In this document: positions 53,879 to 64,000 of the stretch, piece after piece
Layout: each line of letters starts with the position of its first letter
Numbering within the stretch: the stretch's first letter is position 1
Origin: the human T2T-CHM13v2.0 reference genome, Homo sapiens
DNA length: 64,000 nucleotides
Direction: 5' to 3' (one strand)
Assembly (NCBI RefSeq): GCF_009914755.1
Contig: NC_060934.1
Made by a program: the position numbers and the translations under genes
Notes under the pieces: generated by a model
Seen by the model: only the letters and a program-made list of their open reading frames with translations
What the model was told of the DNA's origin: nothing
The model's database searches: none

Positions 53879-56604
53879 TTAGACTCTCCAGGAATGGGGG
53901 AGCCTGGCTGAGGGCGGCAGGAAGTGACGGGCACTCCCAGGCCACTGCTGTCCCCAGGGTGACTAGGCCACAATGGCCTCCTTAAGGAGGGAGAATAATG
54001 AGCTCGTTAGGGCCAGAGTCAGGCCAGCTGCACACAATTAGGATGTTAATTAAGTCCTCTGAGGTCACAGCTCGGCCTAGGACAAAACAGCTGGTGGGGG
54101 GAGGGGAGACCCCCCACTCCTTCCTCTCCCTCTGAAATCCTCTCGTCCTCCCGCTCTGACTCCCAAACCTCCCAGCCCTGTTCAGCCCAGGATTGAGCCC
54201 AAGGATGCTTCTTAATCCCTTCTTCCTAGACAGACCTCGGTTAGGATCCTAGCTTTACCACTCACTGTTGGCGTGACCTGAGATAGGTCACTGGCCCTCT
54301 CTGAGCCTCACTGGCACACCAGAGTAATACTAAGTACCTGGGGATGCCCAGTGGCATCAGGAACATATGGTGTATGCAATACCCAGAGATTTTCACCAGC
54401 AAGTATTTCCCGAGCACCTGGTACGGGCCAGGTCCTGTTCCAGGCACGAGGACACTGCAGTGAACAACACGCATCCGGGACTCATGCTCTACTCCCCCAT
54501 CACCCAGGCATGGCACACGCGGGGTTCGATTGCCGCCTGTGCCCTGGCCCTGAGGCCTGCTGGAGAAGGCTGGGCTTCAGGCTCTGGGCACAAACCCAGA
54601 GGATTTCAAGGCAGGATGAGACTCAGAGCTTGGAGTTTGGAAAAACCCAGGAGGCTTTAGATGACTTCCAGGCTTCATGTTTTCCTTCCCTGTGAGTTAC
54701 TCTTGGTCCTTCACATCTGGCTTAACACCAGGTAATTCAGAGCTCAGAATGTGGGCTGCACTCATTCCATGCCCAGGCCTATGTAAGGGTTTTGGTATCC
54801 AGGTGGGGAAGGGTGCATGGTGGAGCTAGGAAAAGAGGAAGACAGGCCCTGCCTCAAACTCCTCCTCATATAGGCTCGGGGTGGGTGAACAGCAGCAGCC
54901 CACTTCCAGAACCCTCAGCCAGCACCCTGACCTGCTTCTCAAAGCACCTCTATTCATGATTTAAACCTGAGCTCAGACCTTGACCCTTTGGAAGGGTGAT
55001 CTTCCTAGGCATTCCAAGTTCTTTGCTTGGTGCGGGTTTGGAGAAGGGAATAGGGCATTTGCGAGCTCCAAGTGGCGACGGGTGGGGAGACACTGAGAGG
55101 AAGAAAGGGCTGAGGGCATCCTGGCCAGGCGCATGGCACCAGCGCTGCCTACCTACCCATACCACACCCAGCACAAGGCTGGGCCCAAGTGAGTGCTGCT
55201 GTCCTGGACCCAGCCTGACCCCTTTCCCATGACCTCCAGGCAGAGCTAAGGCTTCTGCCTTTGTGGAACCAGAGAAGCTGGAAATGCAGGCTGTCTGCGA
55301 GTGCTGTGCCTTTAAGACCAGTGAAAGGCCGCCCACCCTCGGCCAGGCCTCCCCTGGTCAGAAAGCCCTGTCACTGCAGCTCTTGCCAAGACACGCGCCT
55401 CCATGGTCCAAAGCAAACAGGAGCGAGCGAGAAACTCCTCCAGTCCCTCCTGCGTGCACCCACACAGCCCCTGCCTTCATGAGCCACTCAGCGGGTCCTA
55501 CCTGTGCCCACCCTGCTCCGTTGCCCAGGGCCTTCCCTCCCCTAGACGGGCTCTGAGGCCACCAGGGACCCAGAACCTCCCCTGGGCACCTGGGGCCTGG
55601 ATTCCAAGACCATTAGCACAGGCTGCTACGTCACCATTTGGAAGGCTCCGTGGAGTCCGTGTCAAGACAGCCTGGGCTGCTGCCACCTTCCCACTCAGCT
55701 CCAGCCTGCCCACCTCACCGAACAGGCCCAGAAGCCAGTGCTAGGCTGGGTCCCCGCCAAGCCCACAGGGCTCTGGTGTGTCTGAGCAGACCAAGGTCAT
55801 GGGTGAGGCACCCAGAAGGAGGCCTGACTAACAAGCAACGCAGGCAGAGAGGGACACATGGTTAAATGACAGGTAGCGGAGAATGGTTTCCAGCGAGGGC
55901 GCCAGAGCCAGGCTGCCTGGGATTGAGGCCCAGCTCTGCTACTTGCCAGCTGCATGAATTTGGGCAATTGCCTCAATTTTCTCATCTGCAAAACCGACCC
56001 AAAGTACCCACATCTCAGTGTTGTTACCAGGATTAGAGGAGCTAATCCTTGAAAAGCCTTCAGAATAGTGCCTGATTGGAATCAGAATAGTGCCTTCAGA
56101 CGAGCACAAGTCGCAAAGCGCTGACATGAAGTGAAATTCTAAAGAAGGAACCAAGACCTCAATGCGCCTGGGTGACTGGGGCCAGGGATGGCCAGGGAAG
56201 CAGGTAGGTCTTAGGTGTCTGGAGTTTCAGGGGGAGAGAGAGACCCTCGTGGTGTCAGTGTCATTTACCCTTGACCTCAGAAGGTCTCTACTGAAAACAT
56301 GTGGGTCTGATTCTGTGCCTGGCACGGGTGGGGGTCGGAGACAGGTTGAGGTGGAGATTATAAGATGGCATGAGGCCTCTCCAGGAGCTGCAGAGCAGTG
56401 GATGGATGAGAAGGGCGGCTGCTTGCAGGGGGACTTGGCACGAGACTGCTTGTGCTGGGTGCGGCAGGGCGACCCAGACAGCCCCATGCAGTGGACATGG
56501 CGGTGGGTGATACAATGCTTGCCAAGGAACCAGAGATATCCAGAGATGAGAATGACTAGGCAGAAAAGAATTCTTAGAGGAGAAGAGACTTGAATTGAAC
56601 CTCA

Positions 56605-56997
<393 letters not shown>

Positions 56998-57354
56998 TCA
57001 AGCTGGTGCCCTCTCTCAGTGCCATTATTAAGCAGAGCACAGAGGTGTGAGCCTGTGCCCAGATTCCTAAACATGAGGCGCTCAGGAAAGATGGAAGATG
57101 CAAGAAGGTAAACTCTAATGTCACAACTGTAAATGATGTGGATGGTGAGAGAGACCTGCTGTCAAAGGCAAGACGATGGAAGATGATGGAAGAGTGGCAG
57201 TCAGGGAAGGAGAGTGGGGCGGGAAGGGGTGGCCTGCTAAGAATCCAGTCAAGACACTTACATTCTCAGAGGTGGAGCCCTGAGGACATGCTCAGGGGAA
57301 CAAAAAGGGTGTTTTCCCTGCTGTTCCAGCAAGAGAAAGAGTAAGAAAGGGCTA

Positions 57355-57747
<393 letters not shown>

Positions 57748-58896
57748 TCAGAAGGAAGGGTCTCAGCCTGGCACACGGATCCCCAGAGGGTAAGTAGACC
57801 CCAGGCAGAGGTAGGGACAGCATGGACAGGCTGCCTCAATGCACTCTCACCAGCTGGCCGCAGAGAAGGGTCCCAAGAGCATTTGACAAAGAGCCCTCCA
57901 GTCATCATCAGCAATCGTGGGAGACATGGAGATGGGAGCAACACCCAAGGACACAAAATGGGCAACGGTCCCAGCTTTTAGAGAAGAAGGCGGTGAATTC
58001 CAGAGTAGAGAAGGGCAGCCTCATGCTGGTCGTGGTTAAGTAAAACATGGACTCCCTAAGGAATGCTGGGAGAGCCTGGGAAGGGGCTCTGCACACTCAC
58101 CCAGGCAGTGTCGGTCAGAAGGGTGCAACAGGAAGAAAGGGGGCCTGGCAGTGAGTGAGCTACTGGACTGGTGGGCCCGGGATGTGTCACAGCTGAGACC
58201 TCCAGGCCCTTGTGTCCCTCATGATCCCCCAGGGCCCTGGGGGCTACAGGGAAGCACTGACAGATCCACAGCTCGAGGGCTGGCACAACCCAGCAGGACG
58301 GAGTGGCTCCAATGGGAACCTGTCCTGTTGGATGTTTTAATCAACCCAGGATGAGGACAGAGACACAGTACTGGCAGCACGATCTCATTTAGCAAAAGCT
58401 GTGCCAGGATTAGGAGCCAAAAAAGAGGTCTGAACAGATGGTAATGACAGCTCAAATCTGACAAGATGCAAAGTCTTAAATGGAGAGACAAAAGGACATG
58501 GCTTAGTATGAGGATCTTAAAATTTACTGTTCAAACTTTTTGGAGCAAATGGAAGGGCAATATCAATTTTAACAACCATGACGCCAAAATCTTAGGTGCA
58601 AGCTGGGAGGGTCCAGGCAGCCTGAGTTGTGCAGGTCCCCCTCCTGGCAGTGAGGATGAGAAAGGAGTTCTGAGGACCATGTGTTCAGTATGTCTTGGGG
58701 CAGAAGTCTGTCCCCAGGTCCGTGAAATCTTAGGCTGCCTTAGGAAACTCAGAATGGGAGACTTACCCAAGGAGTGTGTGGCTAAGGGGAGGTGCCAGGA
58801 TTGGCACTCAGGTCTCATACCCAGTACAGCATTCATTCAGCGACCCTTAAAACCACTCCAGCTCAGCTGTTCATTGTCTTGCAGAAGGAAACCAGC

Positions 58897-58943
58897 AATG
58901 CCTGCTCTATTAGTGCCCCAAATGCCTGCTCTATTATGCCCCA
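58897..58943. repeat. Tandem duplication of a 24-bp unit, aatgcctgctctatta(g)tgcccca x2
   Basis: The two copies differ by a single-nucleotide indel. Confidence 0.9.
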
Positions 58944-59299
58944 AATTCCCATCTGACAGATGAGCCAAGAAACCCAGTCCCTCATCTGCTTCTCCTCCAC
59001 TCCACTGGTGTCTACGAAGCCCTGAGTCTTGGAAGAGTCGAGGGTGTGGCTTTTCCCACTCCTCATGGAGAGGTGGTTTTCAGGCTTGCCTCCAAGTTGC
59101 CTCTCCTCTAAGCCCACATGGTAGGGCGAGGCAGGGACACCCAGGCTGAAAGAGCGTTCTGGCACGAGATCTCACCCAAGGGCTTTGCCAGGCAAGAGTG
59201 ACTCTGAATCTGCTTTCCCCAAACCTCAGGTATTTCCACACCACACACAACCTTTGCTATATCCTTGAATTACATATACTGTGGTTCATATAACATATA

Positions 59300-59453
59300 C
59301 AGATGTGCCTTGACTTACAGTGGGGTTACGTTCCGATAAAGCCATCGTTAAGTTGACAATATCCCAAGTTCAAAATGTACTTAATACCCCCAATGACCCA
59401 TCATAAAGCTGAAAAATTGTAAGTCACACCATCATAAGTCTGGAAATGGACTG
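59300..59453. mobile_element. Short TcMar-Tigger MITE (MER47-like)
   Basis: TA flanks; cagatgtgccttgacttac...ggggttacgttccgataaa...cataagtc...ctg. Confidence 0.72.
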
Positions 59454-61155
59454 TATATTTAAAGCAATTTGCCTTTTTTTTTTTTTTTTAACTTCAAGAA
59501 AGAAATTTGCTAAGGAAACTTCAGATCGCCACCATGAATAAACAACGAGGACCACTGGCTCCAACCAGAAAAGCACACACGATGAAAACAAAGCTATGTA
59601 GTACATTTGAACCGTGCCACAAATGAAGAGGCTGAGCCTGTGGCCCGCTCTTTCTTTGCTACACAGATTTGCTAGACAGGGGTTAAAGATCATCGAACAT
59701 CAAACTGAGATAAGTCAGAAGGCTTGGAAGAGAACTGCAATGAGACAAACTTTTCCCACTGTGTGATGCAGAAGGATTGATATTGCCTCTCTGCCACCTA
59801 AGATCCTCCCCTGTATCATGGTGTTGGGTGGACTACAGCTTTAGGAAGCCAACGTCAGACTAGTGTGGTGCCTGGTCCTTCAGATTGGCTGAAGGAAGAG
59901 ACTGAAGAATGAGGCTTAAGTTCTCATTGGTGAGATGGGAATATGAAACAGCATGTATTTACTACCAGTGTTGTGGGGAGAAAAAGAAAAGAAAAGAAAA
60001 GAATGGAAAGTGCCCAGAAATGTGCCTGGTGCTTAATAGATCTATTTGCAGCCTGGAGAAGAGAGCTGTGGTCACTTGAAATATAAAGATTATCCTTATC
60101 CATTTAACTGGCTTACTCCAGTGCCTAAGATGCGTACATGTACGAGTTTGTATATTTTTCCCCTTTCTCTCTTTGCTAAAAATGGAAGCTTCTTGGCCCC
60201 AGAATGGACTTGGTTTCAACTAAAAGCTGTAGGCTGACAACCATCCCCTCCCTCCCAGCTGAGTTCAGCCCCTCTTCAATTGGGCAAAAATAAAACGGGG
60301 ACAATTTAGACTTTAAAGACCATCTCCATAAACAAAACAAACCCACTCCACAATTTGTCTAGGGCATTCCTCCCTCCAAAGCCTCCTTATTTAATTTCTG
60401 GGGAATTTTAAATAGAGGGCTTGCAAAAATCCAGTACCGCCTGACGTTAGCAGCTCTCTGACAACGTGGATTCTTCTACTTGGTGTGGGGAGCAGCCACC
60501 ACGAATGCCGATGCTTTTCCAGGCTCCTTTCCCAGTTGGAATTTGGGAGCCACTGGTGTCACCCTAGGAGACAAGAGGCAGAGGGCACCCTAGGTGCCTA
60601 AGAGACAGAGTCCCACTTGGGGTCGTTTAACTCTGCATTCCCCAAGCCCTCCGGCCAGGTGAACCAATGAACCTGAGTAACACCTACACTAGTGTCATCT
60701 TAGTGTGTTTATTTAAGTTGACTTTATTTTTTAAAACTTAAACATGTATTTCAAAAAGACATTTTCCTATGCTACAGTGGATGGAAAACCAGCATTCCTA
60801 GGTATAGACGGGAGATTCCGGAAAAACACATACAATGAAACAATGCCATGAAGTTCAACAAGAGAGCGAGGCAAGTTCTAGCAAGATTCTAAGCCTGGGT
60901 CAGATTTGCTCTTGGTCAAACAAACAAATGACATCAGCCAGCGTCTGACAGATGTTAACAGCACAGGAGCCCCAAATGGAGATTCTCCCCTTGACCCAAT
61001 GTGGAGTGAAAGAGAACTGAAAGGAAAGAAACTTCTCATGACGAGATTCAATGCCACTCAATGCTGTGTCCGCCCAGCACATGTTTGCACGACCCACTCT
61101 CGGGGAACCACTGATCTTCTTCAGGTGAAGCTTGGGGTAAAGAATCTGCAGACCA

Positions 61156-61929
<774 letters not shown>

Positions 61930-64000
61930 GTCTCCAGGCTATAGGCTGGTGGGGGCAGAGGGGTTACTATTCTAAGCCATTTCAGAAACCCGACGGACTC
62001 CTAACTATCCCCAGTAGAACTTACTGCCTAAACTGGATGGTAGCCCATCCCTGTCCATCAGAGAAAAGGAAAGGAGGGTGAATATGCCACTTGACAATTT
62101 TCTTTCACAGCTGGCCTTTCCCAATAGCCACATGGGTTTCCAATATTATCCTCATGTTACAGATATGGAAACTGAGGAGCAGAATGGCCACATGCTGGCC
62201 ACAGAGTGGCTATTCAGTGGCAGAGTAGGATTCGAAGCCTTTCTTGGGGCCTGGGAGAAGTACCCCGTCTTGCTTTTTGAATGCACATGCAGCAGGGTTC
62301 AGAAGCCCCCAAATGTGTTGATGTCTTTGATTCATTGCTGTAGTACCCAGGCCCCGTCCTTCAAAGCCACTAACTTTGTGATGTTCCCCTGACTCCCCTG
62401 CCAGCCAGCGTTCTGCTCTCCTAACTCACGGCTCCCCCATCACCTTGACCTTAGGTTTGGGTTGGCCAGTCCCCCAGCTAGACCAAGAGCTCTCTGAGGA
62501 CATAGGCCGAATCTTGCTCATCTTGGCATCCTGACAAGCTCAGACTCTCTGAAGCCCAGCTCCTGGGGCCAATGCGGGATCAGCACTGGGCATCTTCTCT
62601 CCAGCTGTCTTCCTGCCGGCCCCCGCAACTTCTGCTCTGCTAGAATCCTGTGCGGTGACTCAGCCTCTGGGCAATGTTCCTTCTTCCAGTTCCCCAATTT
62701 GGGGAAATGACTTCGACCCACAGCAAGCATCTCTAGCTTACCCAGGAGGATCTGTCTTCAAGGACCCAAGGCACAGAGGTTTTTGTTGCTTGTTGCATAA
62801 TTTGCCCAGGATCATCCAGTGAGCTAATACTTCCAGTCCTGACAGCTCATGTAGTCTGCTTGGATACCTGACCCGGCCATTTCCATCTGGGCCTCTCCGC
62901 TTACAGGAATGGAAGATCAAAGCTCAGGGAGGCCCCACAGGCTAATCACCAGGAACGGGCCGACATTCCTGGAGGAATGCAGGGGGTGCCACTAGCAGCA
63001 TCTCCCAAGCCCATTCAAGGCAGCCCCACAGGTTGTTTGCAGGCCTCTACTGGGAATCTTGGTGGCACTGCCTCTCATCCAGGGACCACAAACAAAGTCC
63101 TCCTGGGTGCAACTCAGGGCACTGGAATGGGCAGCCCCAGAGACCTGTTTGCCCCAACTCCCAGAGGACAGTGGGGAGAGAGGCATACCAAAAATAGCTC
63201 CACAACCATGGCACAAGCCTCCAGTGGATTCACCAAGAGGCAGCAGAGTGTACAGGGGAGAACTGTGGATGACCTGAACCGTCTGGCCCTTGGCCTTCTT
63301 AACTGTAAAATAGGCATCACAATACCCATACTTTACAGGGCAGTGGTGATAATTATAAGAAAAAAGGTGTTTCGTTCCCTGCCTGACATATAGGAGGTGC
63401 TTTAATAATCTCTTTCTTGTCTTTCCCATCAGTTTCATCGGTTTCTGATATTAAGTCTCCAGAAAGCAGCAAATGGGTCTAACTTGAGCCCTAAATCCCC
63501 TTGTCCTGGGATAACCATCCTGGGGCCTCAGCTAGGTTTGTGGTGACCTAGGATTAGGTTCTCTCACTGAGCGGCTTCCTGCCCCATTCCCTTCCTGTCT
63601 CTTTTGCCTCTGGGAACCATCTTGTCTTCTTGGTTCCCAAGAATTGGTCTAGTACGGATCCCACCCCAATCCAAGGAGAAAAGGCCACACTCAAACCAGA
63701 TACTCCCCTAGTCCAGATACCCCACAACACTGGCCCAGACCAGGTTTCTCATTCTAGAGACTCGCCACAGTTACAGTGACTGGTCAGGCAGTGGTGACTG
63801 ACACCCATGAGTACCAGTGAGTGATACAGCTCTTCCCACACTGACCTGTCAATCTCTGGTGCCTCCCACCCCCAGCACCCACAGGGGAGAGGCCTGCAGA
63901 GAGCCAACCACCTTGTCCCACAACCAACCAGCAACCACAGTCCCCTCAGCTGGGTCAGAGCGGGCAACTGTATGTGTCCCCTGTAGACTGTCTGCTCCAT

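Noticed and set aside
59528-59626. GCCACCATG Kozak followed by a 30-aa ORF (MNKQRGPLAP...) on +
   Set aside because: Antisense intronic, no promoter or splice support, no similarity recognised; compatible with chance.
59474-59900. T-run next to UTR-like unique sequence as a possible processed pseudogene
   Set aside because: No poly(A) signal at the right distance, no TSD and no recognisable parent.

Overview
Human (hominid) genomic DNA, recognisable as the junction of two convergent genes, NEURL1 and SH3PXD2A (10q24 by recall). On the + strand are the last three coding exons of NEURL1 (second NHR domain, Ser/Pro linker, C3HC4 RING), with a 3'UTR ending after AATAAA at 9841. On the - strand are the last seven coding exons of SH3PXD2A/TKS5, including an 84-nt cassette exon, and a ~7.8-kb 3'UTR ending after AATAAA at 11369-11364. 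All splice junctions were read by eye, are GT-AG and chain in frame. The rest is intron, containing 23 Alus (21 on +), one full-length SVA_D-like element, Tigger/hAT MITEs, MIR/L2/L1M relics and microsatellites. I found no new gene system. The most notable unexplained structures are: (1) an apparent SVA 3' transduction carrying a foreign, CpG-rich MLT1 LTR fragment; (2) a YCAY cluster and an orphan branch point/3' splice site around the 84-nt cassette exon; (3) a probable Alu-to-Alu gene-conversion tract; (4) a 50-bp templated duplication. Repeat subfamily calls come from remembered consensus sequences and are approximate. Nearly all other ORFs in the track are noise.
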